IMG/VR virus record: IMGVR_UViG_3300032829_000002
Location: 62,001-120,082 of that record
Length of the DNA: 58,082 nucleotides
Direction: 5' to 3' (one strand)
Source: an uncultured virus (IMG/VR IMGVR_UViG_3300032829_000002)
Lineage: Duplodnaviria; Heunggongvirae; Uroviricota; Caudoviricetes
Below the pieces are notes generated by a model. It searched no databases. It was not told where the DNA came from and saw only the letters and a list, made by a program, of their open reading frames with translations. Made by a program: the position numbers and the translations under genes. Shown in pieces: positions 20,255 through 29,383 of the stretch; the stretch's first letter is position 1, and each line of letters opens with the position of its first letter.

Positions 20255-20733
20255 CGCGTCTTCTCGGGCGGGTGCTGCATCGCCGCATACGTGGTGAGCA
20301 GAAGCCGCTTGAAGTGAGGGTTGCTCATCGCGAGCGGCCCTCGAGCAGCCCGGATCAGGTGAACAGCTTGGTCCGGGCTCATCTTTTTGAGCAGCATCAG
20401 CGCGAGCGCAGTGATGACGCCTGACCGATTGCGCCCCTGCCAGCAGGTGACGAGGACGGTCTTGCCGCGACGCACTTGTCGCGCAGTCCACATCGCGGCA
20501 TTGATCGCGCGTTCTTTGTCTCCCGGCGGCATGCCCTTGAAGTCGTCGTCCATCGGCGCGTGCAGCACGGCGATGTCTGGGAAGCTCTGCGCTCCCGGTT
20601 GGAACTCTTTGGCGGCGAGCACAAGAGAGTCGATCCCGTGCTTGTAGAGTCCGGGGCCGATCGGCGGGTGCCCTCCCATCCAGATCGCTTCGGTGATGGG
20701 GCTTGCGTGTTCTTTGAGGTGCATCACGTCCAC
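20251..20733 (-). CDS. Dual-specificity/tyrosine phosphatase family protein
   Basis: VLVTCWQGRNRSG CX5R P-loop; PMDD acid loop; SNPHF..LL C-terminus. Confidence 0.85.
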   Translation of the reverse strand: MDVMHLKEHASPITEAIWMGGHPPIGPGLYKHGIDSLVLAAKEFQPGAQSFPDIAVLHAPMDDDFKGMPPGDKERAINAAMWTARQVRRGKTVLVTCWQGRNRSGVITALALMLLKKMSPDQAVHLIRAARGPLAMSNPHFKRLLLTTYAAMQHPPEKTR

Positions 20734-21221
20734 CAGAAAGAGTCGACGACAGGACCTTCGACAGGCTCCGCGATGATCGCAGAGCCAGCCGGTGGTTGCA
20801 CCGCACGAGGTTGAGTAGCAGGAGGAGTCTTCGCCGCCGGCGTTGCGGAGAAGAACTCCATGGTCGCGCGGTTGATGAGGTCTTTCTCTTCGGGCGTGAA
20901 GTCGGAGAACCGCGCCGAGTTGTTGTAGAGCGCACGTAGGAGTGAGAGCGCCTGCTCATCGTATCGATCGGGGCTCTCAGCAGCGCTTTGAAGAATGGGT
21001 TCCGGACGTCCGGAAAGCAGCTCCTCGAAGACGCCACGAGAGATCTTCTGAGCAGGTGCGAGCTGCATCAGCGCATCTTGCCGAGCGAGCTCCTGAAACG
21101 TCGGGAACTTCGGAAACGCGATGGGCTCAGGGAGCGCCTTTCGGAGCTCGTCTTGAGGGGAGGGGAGGGCGCCCTGCGGGTCCCAGGCCCCGATGCTTCC
21201 GCTGTTGTTGCTGTTGCTCAT
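20724..21221 (-). CDS. Hypothetical protein
   Basis: GAGG upstream; in minus-strand operon. Confidence 0.55.
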   Translation of the reverse strand: MSNSNNSGSIGAWDPQGALPSPQDELRKALPEPIAFPKFPTFQELARQDALMQLAPAQKISRGVFEELLSGRPEPILQSAAESPDRYDEQALSLLRALYNNSARFSDFTPEEKDLINRATMEFFSATPAAKTPPATQPRAVQPPAGSAIIAEPVEGPVVDSFWWT

Positions 21222-21423
21222 CGTTGAGCACCTCGAGGAATGCAGCGTCCAAAGACGATGCGTGGGCTAGAAAAAAGAGACGGACCACGGCGACGATCGC
21301 CTTCTCTCTCGAGATGGGACGTCGCCTTTTGCGAAGGTCGTTCTTGCGCAGAACCGCGACCAGCCTGTTGAGCTGCTGGAGCGTGTCGGAGTCGAAGTTC
21401 AGCCAGAACGCGCGTTCGTGCAT
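21127..21423 (-). CDS. Small basic hypothetical protein (possibly DNA-binding)
   Basis: ATG at 21423 lies 7 nt after a TATACT hexamer; the ORF track fuses it to the upstream frameshifted gene. Confidence 0.45.
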   Translation of the reverse strand: MHERAFWLNFDSDTLQQLNRLVAVLRKNDLRKRRRPISREKAIVAVVRLFFLAHASSLDAAFLEVLNDEQQQQQRKHRGLGPAGRPPLPSRRAPKGAP

Positions 21424-21476
21424 AGCAGGAAGTATAGCGAGAGCGGCGGCCGTTGTGCAGCCGCCGCTCTCTTCTT

Positions 21477-22056
21477 CTACTTGATTCGCAAGATCTCGTG
21501 AAGCTCCGGCCACGACGAGATGCGTCGCAGGTCCTTTCCATCCCGCTTGTTGTGCGGAGTGTCCCAGAGAAAGGCTGCACCACTCGTGTGGTGGTCGAGC
21601 CAGTCGATGACGTGCGTGTGCCTTGTCATCGACGAAGACGTCGCCTTGGACGATGTGCTTCGATTGCGTGTGGACGACTCGGCTGGACGGAATGCCGAAG
21701 TTCTTCGCGAGCCAGAGGTCGCGTTCGTGCGCCCACGTCTCGCTGCCGATGAGCGGTGAGGTGACGATGAATAGCTCGACACCTGCATCGAGGAGCTTCT
21801 GCACTCCTTCTTTCGCTCCTGCATAGACAGGCAGGTTCAAGCAGAACCCTGGTCTGCGCGCAACCACTCCCGCGAACTCACGGATGCCTGGTCCGTACTC
21901 GTCGAGTTGCCTGAAGATCTCCCAGTTCGGAAAGTCTTCTGGGCGCAGGTCGACGAGCTCGTTCTCTCGCAGCTCGTTGAGAATGCCGCCGACAAAGTCG
22001 GCCAAGATGCCATCACAGTCCAGCAGCAGCCGAAGCTTTCGTTTCTTCGCAGCCAT
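21477..22056 (-). pseudogene. HAD-family 5'(3')-deoxyribonucleotidase (NT5C-like) with a one-base frameshift near 21620
   Basis: LLDCDGILADF, IVTSP, W...LWL..NFG, K....DVFVDDK; expected C-terminus (W...AFLWDTPHN...RISSW.E) lies in another frame. Confidence 0.75.
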
Positions 22057-22462
22057 GGAGCCTCCTCACGTTTTGAATCTTGGCGAGCCGGTGGTTGGTC
22101 TTCTGAACTTCTGTTTCTTGCAGCACGCGAAGTCCGAAGTCCCCGCGCTGGGCACGCGCGAACATCTCCTCCATCGTGATCACTTCTACGGGAACGAGCC
22201 CGCCGAGAACGACGTCGAGCATATGCGCCACGGTCGTGGCCAGAGCTCCGACTCCAGCGATCTCCGCTCCCGCCTCCCGCTGCTTTTCGACGAGCGCTTT
22301 GGCGCTGTTCACTGCCTTGCAGATTCCCTCGAGGATGACGTTCGGCAGCAACCGCGGGTCTGGCCGGAGTGGCTGAATGCGGAAGGAGCCGGGTAGAAGA
22401 TCCGGCTGGATGAGAAAAAGCCAGGCTGCTGTACCCCTCTTCTTCTTGCGTCGATGGTTCAT
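22013..22462 (-). CDS. Hypothetical protein
   Basis: AAGGAGGCAAC-ATG; preceded by GGAATAAGA motif. Confidence 0.65.
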   Translation of the reverse strand: MNHRRKKKRGTAAWLFLIQPDLLPGSFRIQPLRPDPRLLPNVILEGICKAVNSAKALVEKQREAGAEIAGVGALATTVAHMLDVVLGGLVPVEVITMEEMFARAQRGDFGLRVLQETEVQKTNHRLAKIQNVRRLHGCEETKASAAAGL

Positions 22463-22497
22463 GTTGCCTCCTTGTGGAGCGCAGAGCACTCCGGGAC

Positions 22498-22506
22498 TCT
22501 TATTCC
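22498..22506 (-). promoter_or_regulatory. GGNATAAGA motif (putative phage promoter)
   Basis: GGAATAAGA then leader hairpin and RBS. Confidence 0.6.
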
Positions 22507-22588
22507 AGGTGTGCCTTGTTCTTGCGCGCAAGTTCGCCTCGACTGCTGGCACAAGAAACGCGAAGATATTGCTACAGTGGAGGAGCAC

Positions 22589-22972
22589 ATGCGGCACTGG
22601 GTCTACAACATCCGGGGGTCCGACCCCGATCCCATCAACCATCGGGGCATGAAGAGCTGGTTCTACTTCTACCGATGGCGGATGGAGGAAGAAGTCTGGC
22701 TTCCCGTGCAGGAACTCGACGTCCTCGACCTGATGCCCGCGCAAGACGACGTCGTTTGGTTGGTCATGGACGGCCGGATTCTTGGGTCGTCCCCCATCCT
22801 GCGCGTGGAGGAGAGCTTTCCATCTGGTCGCTACGAGCTTTGGTACGACGCGAGGAACGTGCGAGAGCTCAAGGTTCCCAAGCCTCTTCCTTCTTACCTC
22901 TCAGGCCCTCTGCGCACCCTCTTCTCTCCAGCCGATCCGTCTGAGTGGGAGGCTCTTCTGCATGCGCCATGA
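22589..22972 (+). CDS. Hypothetical protein
   Basis: GGAGGAG RBS; TGCTACAGT extended -10-like site upstream. Confidence 0.55.
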   Translation: MRHWVYNIRGSDPDPINHRGMKSWFYFYRWRMEEEVWLPVQELDVLDLMPAQDDVVWLVMDGRILGSSPILRVEESFPSGRYELWYDARNVRELKVPKPLPSYLSGPLRTLFSPADPSEWEALLHAP

Positions 22973-23180
22973 CGCTCGACACGCGCACCGCGATGGAACT
23001 GCCCGAGGACTTTTCCTGGGCACTTTCTACGGATTCGGTATCGGAATCGGCGGTACCGTTCCTGCGATCTTCGTAGCGCCAGAGAGCTCGAGCACGCGCC
23101 ACGTGCTGCTCGTTCTGCTCGTCTTTCAAATCATCGCGCTGGTCGTGGTCCAGTGCGTTCACCTCTTCTCGGAGAAGTAG
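22962..23180 (+). CDS. Two-TM small membrane protein, holin candidate
   Basis: GGAGG RBS; two hydrophobic segments; directly upstream of the endolysin. Confidence 0.45.
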   Translation: MRHDARHAHRDGTARGLFLGTFYGFGIGIGGTVPAIFVAPESSSTRHVLLVLLVFQIIALVVVQCVHLFSEK

Positions 23181-23182
23181 CC

Positions 23183-23911
23183 ATGAGCATCAAGGTTTCC
23201 GATCGACTGACCCCGGTGACGCCCCTTCAGTTTCTTCAAGGACTGGCGCAGAGCTGGGTCAACCTCTTCACGCTTCCTGCCACGAAAGAGCAGCTCCTCG
23301 TGCTGATGGCGCAGTCCGCCCTCGAGACAGGACGATGGCGGTACATCCACACGTACAACTTCGGCAACTCCAAGAGCACCGACGGCGACGGAAGGGACTA
23401 CTGCTACTTCGCGTGCTGGGAAGTCTTCTCGAACGCGGTGGCCGCTGCGTACGTCGCAGCGTCCAAGCCCGGCGCCGAAGCGCGCATCACCGAGACGCAC
23501 TCGGATGGCACGTCGACTGTCTGGTTCTACCCGGAGCACCCTGCTTGCCGCTTCCGCGCGTTCCAGGTGCTCAACGCCGATGGCACCATCGACGAATGGT
23601 CGAGCCTCGTACTGGGTATGACGGACTATCTCGGGATGCTGCGCAAGCGATTCAATCAATGCTGGAGCGCGGTGCTCTCCGGCGATCCCGTCAACTTCGT
23701 CAAGGCCCTCAAGGCGCAGGGGTACTTCACCGCCCCTTTGCAAGGGTACATCGACAACGAGGTCGCGCTCTTCAAGGAGTTCGGACACCTCAACGTCGAC
23801 TACAACGCGCTCCCCGTGATTCCGGACGACAAGCGTAAGCTCATCACCGACTTCAGCGCGGTGGTCGCTCAGGAGTACCTCGCGGACATCCAGGAGCTCG
23901 AACAGACGTAA
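23183..23911 (+). CDS. Endolysin, glucosaminidase/FlgJ-like (GH73) lysozyme fold
   Basis: AQSALETG.W...NFGN.K...FRAF...GYFTA...Y motifs. Confidence 0.75.
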   Translation: MSIKVSDRLTPVTPLQFLQGLAQSWVNLFTLPATKEQLLVLMAQSALETGRWRYIHTYNFGNSKSTDGDGRDYCYFACWEVFSNAVAAAYVAASKPGAEARITETHSDGTSTVWFYPEHPACRFRAFQVLNADGTIDEWSSLVLGMTDYLGMLRKRFNQCWSAVLSGDPVNFVKALKAQGYFTAPLQGYIDNEVALFKEFGHLNVDYNALPVIPDDKRKLITDFSAVVAQEYLADIQELEQT

Positions 23912-24077
23912 CGGCGTCAGGGTGCGACCTTCTTCAAAAGAAGAGCATCAAGACGGTAGACAAGAACGAGAAGATGCTTTACATCCGGAAGAGCGCCTGA
24001 ACCGGGGACAAGAAGAAGACCGCGGCATGTCAGGCCGCGGCAATGGCTGCTGTCAGCAGATAGGAGTTTTCGCGTCC

Positions 24078-24419
24078 ATGAACTCTCACGAAAGGATTGT
24101 CCTCAAGTCGCTACCGTTCGCGGAAGGAGATCGACGTTGGGCGGGCACCGTCGAAGTCGTGCACCGTACGACAACCTTCGAGGACGGTTCCAAGCGGGAG
24201 TTCATCGATCTTCAGCTCCACATCGGGGAGCGCTTCTTCGGCATCCCTACGAGAAAGATCGAAGAGCTGGTCTCCGCCATTCGCGCGGGTGCGGAGATGG
24301 CTGAAGAGGAGGTTCGAAAGCTTCCTCCTCCGCCGCGCAACGAGTCACGGCCTCACGATCGTGGTGATCGTGGGGACCGAGGACGTCGTCGCAACGACGA
24401 CGGCTATCGCAGAAAGTGA
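24078..24419 (+). CDS. Hypothetical protein (possible PC4-like nucleic-acid binder)
   Basis: AGGAG RBS; REFIDLQ strand, helix, RGD-rich tail. Confidence 0.55.
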   Translation: MNSHERIVLKSLPFAEGDRRWAGTVEVVHRTTTFEDGSKREFIDLQLHIGERFFGIPTRKIEELVSAIRAGAEMAEEEVRKLPPPPRNESRPHDRGDRGDRGRRRNDDGYRRK

Positions 24420-24429
24420 AGGAAAGAAC

Positions 24430-24618
24430 ATGAGCTACGAGATGGTCACCCTGGACGTGTACAAGAAGAAGCTGAAGAGCGGCGCGTACGTCAGCCTCAC
24501 CGGCGCCAAGCGCGCGCTCGGTCGCGTCCAGAAGATGAGCGCGGCGGACAAGGCGGCGGCGGTCAAGGCGGCCGAGCGTCACTTCGGCGCGAGCAAGAAG
24601 CCCGGCAAGAAGGGCTGA
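24430..24618 (+). CDS. Small highly basic protein
   Basis: AAGGA RBS; Lys/Ala-rich; strongly biased codons. Confidence 0.7.
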   Translation: MSYEMVTLDVYKKKLKSGAYVSLTGAKRALGRVQKMSAADKAAAVKAAERHFGASKKPGKKG

Positions 24619-24622
24619 TCCC

Positions 24623-25417
24623 ATGCCGACCAGCCCTGTTACCCCTCAGAAGTTCCTCGAGCGCCTGTCCGCTGGGAAGTACAACACCGAGGCCAACGCA
24701 AGAAAGGCACTCGGACGCGCGGGTACTCGCTGGAACAAGGAAACGCAGGACCGAGCATACATGTTCGTTGCCAGGTACTTCCGCAAGGGGTCTGAGGCGC
24801 TGCCCGAGGCATTCTGGCCCGGTGTGGAGCACTCTCAGGTTGCTGCGTCGGGTGGGAAGAAGGGTAAGAAGTCGAAGAAGAAGAGCGGCGCGGCGGGTGA
24901 CCCCACTTCGCCGCCTTCCTCTTGGGCGGTGTCCTCGCTTGCAGAAGAGGTGGACACAGAGCTCCGCACGGCGTACGCCGAGGAGCTCTTTGGTCCTGAC
25001 GGGAAGGCGACGGTCGAGTACTTGCACTCGGTCGTCTCCTTGCACAAGAACGTGATCGAGTGCTTCGACAAAGCGAAGAATGTCGATGAGAACGTCGATA
25101 CGAGTGAGGTGCAGGGCGTCATCAACAGCCTCAGTCAAGTGGCTGCGCTGGTGACGCAAGAAGCCCAGCGCGGAATGGGCGTCATGCTCAAGCACCTTCC
25201 GTCGACGCGTACGCCGGTCAACAACGGCGTCATCGTTCAGGCACTCGTCGTCTCCGAGGAGCCGGTCGAACAGACCTCTCCAGAGGCAGCGTCAGCTCCC
25301 GCAACGAACATCCCTTCTGCCTTCCAGATGGTCACTCCGGCGGAGGAGGTGTCGGAGCGTGAGCGCGCTTCCTTCGCGCGGGCACGTCCGCCCTTCATGA
25401 AGCCGGTCGATCGCTAG
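24623..25417 (+). CDS. Hypothetical protein whose N-terminus is paralogous to the 24430 protein
   Basis: VT...F...LS.G.Y.....A..ALGR pattern shared. Confidence 0.65.
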   Translation: MPTSPVTPQKFLERLSAGKYNTEANARKALGRAGTRWNKETQDRAYMFVARYFRKGSEALPEAFWPGVEHSQVAASGGKKGKKSKKKSGAAGDPTSPPSSWAVSSLAEEVDTELRTAYAEELFGPDGKATVEYLHSVVSLHKNVIECFDKAKNVDENVDTSEVQGVINSLSQVAALVTQEAQRGMGVMLKHLPSTRTPVNNGVIVQALVVSEEPVEQTSPEAASAPATNIPSAFQMVTPAEEVSERERASFARARPPFMKPVDR

Positions 25418-25838
25418 TGCTCCAGAGCAGGCCCGTTGTCTCGACGTTGTCGGTGACGACGGGTCTGCTCAGCACTTCCAGGTCGCCGTGCCTCTCTTTT
25501 TTTAGCCTCCAGGTTCGGGTGCCCATCGGGGATTCGTACAGCACCTTGAGGCCCTCGACGTGGCGGTCGATCAGCAGAAGTGCGAACGCCTGCGTCTTCG
25601 ATACGAGCTGCGAGAGCAGGTCGTCCCACGCTTCTCGGTTATTCGGAAGTTGCAGGAAGACGCGGTCGTTGATCGGAACCCCGCGGTCGTCGGTGACTTC
25701 GCTGCCGACCCACGTCATGGCGAAAGCGAGCTCGACGCCCGTGTGCGTTGTGCGCCGCAACTGATCGACGAGAAGGTCGCATACACGAAGAAGCTCTTCG
25801 TTGATGGCCTGATCGCTGAGGTCGATAGTTCTACGCAT
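25395..25838 (-). CDS. Hypothetical protein (start uncertain)
   Basis: Globular-looking ORF divergent from 25859. Confidence 0.55.
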   Translation of the reverse strand: MRRTIDLSDQAINEELLRVCDLLVDQLRRTTHTGVELAFAMTWVGSEVTDDRGVPINDRVFLQLPNNREAWDDLLSQLVSKTQAFALLLIDRHVEGLKVLYESPMGTRTWRLKKERHGDLEVLSRPVVTDNVETTGLLWSTSDRPAS

Positions 25839-25858
25839 CGGTGTAGAATGTCCTGAAG

Positions 25859-26158
25859 ATGAATCCGGTCGCAAGAGAATTGAGGCCGCTGCTTTCCTCC
25901 CTCGAGGGATGGATACCGACCATTCGCCGGTCGACCTACTCCGACAACGTGACCGTGTCCCTTGTCGACGAGGGCATTCAAGTCGTGGTGAGCTGGAGCT
26001 ACAAGGGCGGGGGCGAGTGGCGACACCTCTTTACCAACGAGGAGCTGCTGGGACATACTTCGACGCTGCGCCCGCCCAGCACGTGGATGGGACATCGACG
26101 AATGTGCGGCCTCTCTCGACAGATCATCTACAGCGTTCTTTCGCAGCGCGGGGCCTAG
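25859..26158 (+). CDS. Hypothetical protein
   Basis: TAGAAT hexamer 9 nt upstream; begins a long + operon. Confidence 0.55.
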   Translation: MNPVARELRPLLSSLEGWIPTIRRSTYSDNVTVSLVDEGIQVVVSWSYKGGGEWRHLFTNEELLGHTSTLRPPSTWMGHRRMCGLSRQIIYSVLSQRGA

Positions 26159-26167
26159 GAGAAGAAC

Positions 26168-26560
26168 ATGGCGGACGTCCCCTCGAACTTCACGTTGACC
26201 ATCGAGCAGTACCAGGCGCTGGTCGCTCTCGCGCGCGCAGGCACGACATCCGACGACCAGCGACGACAGCTCGAGCAGTTCTTGGTCGAGATCGAGAAGA
26301 CCAACGGGGTGACGCGCTACTTGCTCTGGGTGCAGTGGCAGGAGCTCGAGCAAGCATTGCCCCCCACGGCCAAGTTCCCTGAAGTCTGGCCTCCCGAGCT
26401 TCGTCAGCTCATTCAGCAAATCAACCGTCCGATCTCCCTCTCTGACGTGAACGCAGTTCTCGCGGCGAGCGCGAAGAAGCCGACCAACGTCTTGGTCACT
26501 CCCGATCCTGCCGCGGTGGTCGGTTGGACGCCCCTCGCTTTGTACTTTCCGGGTGGGTGA
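26168..26560 (+). CDS. Hypothetical protein
   Basis: AGGAG RBS. Confidence 0.65.
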   Translation: MADVPSNFTLTIEQYQALVALARAGTTSDDQRRQLEQFLVEIEKTNGVTRYLLWVQWQELEQALPPTAKFPEVWPPELRQLIQQINRPISLSDVNAVLAASAKKPTNVLVTPDPAAVVGWTPLALYFPGG

Positions 26561-26919
26561 TGAAGAAGTTCCTTGCGGTCGACGGCGCGTTGCTCGTGAC
26601 ACCCGAGATGCCCGTGATCAACACCCTTTACGAGCTGGCGTTGAAGTACGACGTCCAGACGCAGCTCGTGAAGAAGGAGTCCGGGCTCTCGTTGGTTGTC
26701 GGGGAGGACACGCTGGGCGTCGGAGAAGAAGGCAACTTCTGCGAGTTCTTGGCCTCTATCGGACGCGCGGTTCCGGGCAAGGTCGTAGGCGAGCTCGAAG
26801 TGTGGTGGCCCATGGCACTGGAGTCCGGCCCTCAGTGGTGGACGCTGAACGAAGCCGGGCAGCTCTTCGTCACCGAGAGCGAGATCGTGCGCGGCGAGCC
26901 TGCGTTGTACGGAGGCTGA
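26560..26919 (+). CDS. Hypothetical protein
   Basis: TGATG coupling. Confidence 0.6.
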   Translation: MKKFLAVDGALLVTPEMPVINTLYELALKYDVQTQLVKKESGLSLVVGEDTLGVGEEGNFCEFLASIGRAVPGKVVGELEVWWPMALESGPQWWTLNEAGQLFVTESEIVRGEPALYGG

Positions 26920-26920
26920 C

Positions 26921-27154
26921 GTGGCGCTCTGCACCGTGGGAATCGAAACGAAGACCGGAGGCCGCTACTCGTTTCCGGACATGGAGCGCAGCGAGGTCTT
27001 CAAGGTTCTCGGTCCGCAGCTTCTCCGCGCCAACGACATGGTGCTAGTGAATGTGAGTGGCGCGTGCCTGACGTTGCCTACCCGTATCATTCGCATCATC
27101 GCTATCGACGACGAGGTCACATGGAGAGCAACGCAGGAAGACTCGACCCCCTAG
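26921..27154 (+). CDS. Hypothetical protein
   Basis: GGAGG RBS, GTG start. Confidence 0.6.
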   Translation: MALCTVGIETKTGGRYSFPDMERSEVFKVLGPQLLRANDMVLVNVSGACLTLPTRIIRIIAIDDEVTWRATQEDSTP

Positions 27155-27456
27155 CCCCGCTGCCTTGCATGAACTGCAAGACGCCGGTGAAGCACGACGC
27201 AGCGAAGCTCTTTCAAGGAGTCTTCGTTTGCGGCGGTTGCCACGAGATTGCAACGCGTGCCTTCACGCGTCTCGAGCGAGAGCTGAAGATGATGCTCACG
27301 CTCGCGAGCGAAACGATCCGGTTGGCGTTGATCGAAGGACGTCTTCAGCTCGGACCTGCCGAGAGTGGAGACATTCCGAAGTCCGAGTTGATGCGCTCCC
27401 TCATCGAGCTCGCAGAGAAGCGTCAGAAGAAAGACGTCAAGGAGGTGCCCCCGTGA
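27121..27456 (+). CDS. Zn-finger protein
   Basis: CMNC...CGGC; GAGG RBS. Confidence 0.6.
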   Translation: MESNAGRLDPLAPLPCMNCKTPVKHDAAKLFQGVFVCGGCHEIATRAFTRLERELKMMLTLASETIRLALIEGRLQLGPAESGDIPKSELMRSLIELAEKRQKKDVKEVPP

Positions 27457-27707
27457 AAGTTGCCAAGAACCCGATCTTCGCGCAGTTCGAAGCGCGCTGC
27501 ACGTTCGAGGACTGTAAGGGTCGCATCATCTTCGACGAAGCACACTCGGCCGGTCTGAAGATCGGCGACAAGCTTCAGTTCCAGTCCAGCAACCCCGTGT
27601 ACGGAAGGTGTCCCCTATGCAAGAGGCACATGATGCAGATCACGAAGGCGCCCGAGTCGCCGAAGCCCAAGCCGCCCGTCGGCTTCACCAAAATCCCGAC
27701 CGAGTGA
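27453..27707 (+). CDS. Zn-ribbon protein
   Basis: AAGGAGG RBS; CTFEDC...CPLC. Confidence 0.6.
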   Translation: MKVAKNPIFAQFEARCTFEDCKGRIIFDEAHSAGLKIGDKLQFQSSNPVYGRCPLCKRHMMQITKAPESPKPKPPVGFTKIPTE

Positions 27708-28099
27708 TTCGAGCTCGTCTCGAGGGGTGGGAGGCGGATGTCGGCTGCGCTGTGGGTCTCGACGTTCAGCCAGTCGTGACTTCGACGCCGCACGGGGACA
27801 TCAAGTGGGTTCGGATCTACATTCCGAAGCTGCGCCTGTACAACAGCGCGCACATGTACCTGATTCAGGGCATGCCGATCACTCAGCTCTTGATGTCGAT
27901 GTCCCTCGAGGACAACTACGACCTGAAGATTCCGGGGCCGCTTCTCTACGTCGGCGGATTCCCTTCCGAGATGTGGGAAGTGCCCTTCTGCTACCGGGGC
28001 TTGACCGTCGGGCGTGCGCTGGAAGCGCCGGAGAAGCTTACCACCTCCGAGCTCCTTCTCGCGCTCTTCAACGACGAGATGGCACGTCGAAAGAAGTGA
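27704..28099 (+). CDS. Hypothetical protein
   Basis: GTGA coupling; followed by terminator. Confidence 0.55.
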   Translation: MIRARLEGWEADVGCAVGLDVQPVVTSTPHGDIKWVRIYIPKLRLYNSAHMYLIQGMPITQLLMSMSLEDNYDLKIPGPLLYVGGFPSEMWEVPFCYRGLTVGRALEAPEKLTTSELLLALFNDEMARRKK

Positions 28100-28102
28100 T
28101 CG

Positions 28103-28131
28103 AAGAGACGACTTGACGTCGTCTCTTTTTC
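28103..28131 (+). terminator. Intrinsic terminator
   Basis: AAGAGACGAC-TTGAC-GTCGTCTCTT followed by TTT. Confidence 0.7.
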
Positions 28132-28174
28132 TGTCCATCCTGCACACACGTTGTACACACGCTTCTGAGGTTCC

Positions 28175-29383
28175 ATGTCCAACAAGAATGAGACCAAGCT
28201 TCCTCACGTCGACCCGCGCGTCACTGACCCGCGCGCGGCCGCGTATCAGCGCGGTGCGACGCAACGCCGGCAGCCGCAAGAGCTGCCGAAGTACAACGAG
28301 CCACCGGCGGGCGGCCCCACACCGCCGATTCCGCTTCTCGATTCGCAGCACATCGAGGGCCAGACCATGGCGCAGCAAGCGGCCGCGCAACGCCGCGCCA
28401 TGCATGCGCCGCAGCAGGGGCAAGCAAGTATCTTCGAGCCTGCTGCGCCGCCGATCGGGCATCCCGAGCAGATGCCCCCGCCGCCGCCGCCGCCTCGCGC
28501 GGCCCCTGCCAACGGGCCTCTCAGCATCCAGCCTGCGGACCTGCTTCCGATGGAGGCCACGCAGGACCCCGCGTTTCAGCAGGGCTACGGATCGATGTAC
28601 GCATCCGCTCAGCCCGAGCTCGCGCGCAAGTACGGCGTCATGCGCGGCAACCAGCGCATTCCTCCGCAGATGCTGGTCAAGCAGGCGCCCGGCGCTCCTC
28701 CCAAGGGCCTCAGCCCCGAGACCGTCGAGGGCCTGAAGACCTTCGAGGAGCTCCAGAAGAAGGCAGGTCAGGTCGCTGCCGACAATGGGGACAAGGAGGC
28801 GGAGGAGGCATCCAAAGCGAGTGTCGCTGGCGAAGCCGCCAAGGCGGGCAGTGGCCTGAGCTCGAAGACCGAGATCGACACGATGATGAGCGCGCTCGAC
28901 ATGGACGCGCTGCACGAGCGGATGGTTCGCAACCTGATTCAGAACGACGAGCAGCGTTCGATCATCGAGGAGCGTCTCAGGCCGCTCGATCTGAGTGAGC
29001 TCATCACGCACGGGATGATCTCGCAGATCGTGCCGATTCAGCCGGGCGTCTTCGAGCCGGAGTTCCAGTCGGTGTCCGCGGAAGACGACCTTGCGATCAA
29101 GCGCCTCATCATCGAGGAGGCGAACTCGCTCAAGGTCGATGACCGCTACCTGCTCGACAAGTTCGCTCTGATGGGCATCACCTGCGCGCTGCGCGCGGTC
29201 AATCGCTTGCCGCTCCCGGATCATCGAGACGAGAAAGGATTCAACGACGAGAAGTTCTGGAAGAAGTTCGCCAAGATTCTGCGCTTCCCGCTGCCGATGA
29301 TCGCCAGCTTGGGCGCCAACTACTTCTGGTTCGACGTGCGCGTTCGCAAGCTGTTCGTCGCGGAGCGCGTAAAAAATGGCTAG
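28175..29383 (+). CDS. Putative tail assembly chaperone (short form) with Pro-rich N-terminus
   Basis: C-terminal domain (FQSVSAEDDL...IL..PLPMIASL...Y..F) ends at the slippery heptamer A AAA AAT. Confidence 0.55.
   Translation: MSNKNETKLPHVDPRVTDPRAAAYQRGATQRRQPQELPKYNEPPAGGPTPPIPLLDSQHIEGQTMAQQAAAQRRAMHAPQQGQASIFEPAAPPIGHPEQMPPPPPPPRAAPANGPLSIQPADLLPMEATQDPAFQQGYGSMYASAQPELARKYGVMRGNQRIPPQMLVKQAPGAPPKGLSPETVEGLKTFEELQKKAGQVAADNGDKEAEEASKASVAGEAAKAGSGLSSKTEIDTMMSALDMDALHERMVRNLIQNDEQRSIIEERLRPLDLSELITHGMISQIVPIQPGVFEPEFQSVSAEDDLAIKRLIIEEANSLKVDDRYLLDKFALMGITCALRAVNRLPLPDHRDEKGFNDEKFWKKFAKILRFPLPMIASLGANYFWFDVRVRKLFVAERVKNG

Noticed and set aside
21127..22056. 309-aa ORF as a single protein
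   Set aside because: Chimera of the frameshifted nucleotidase and a separate downstream gene
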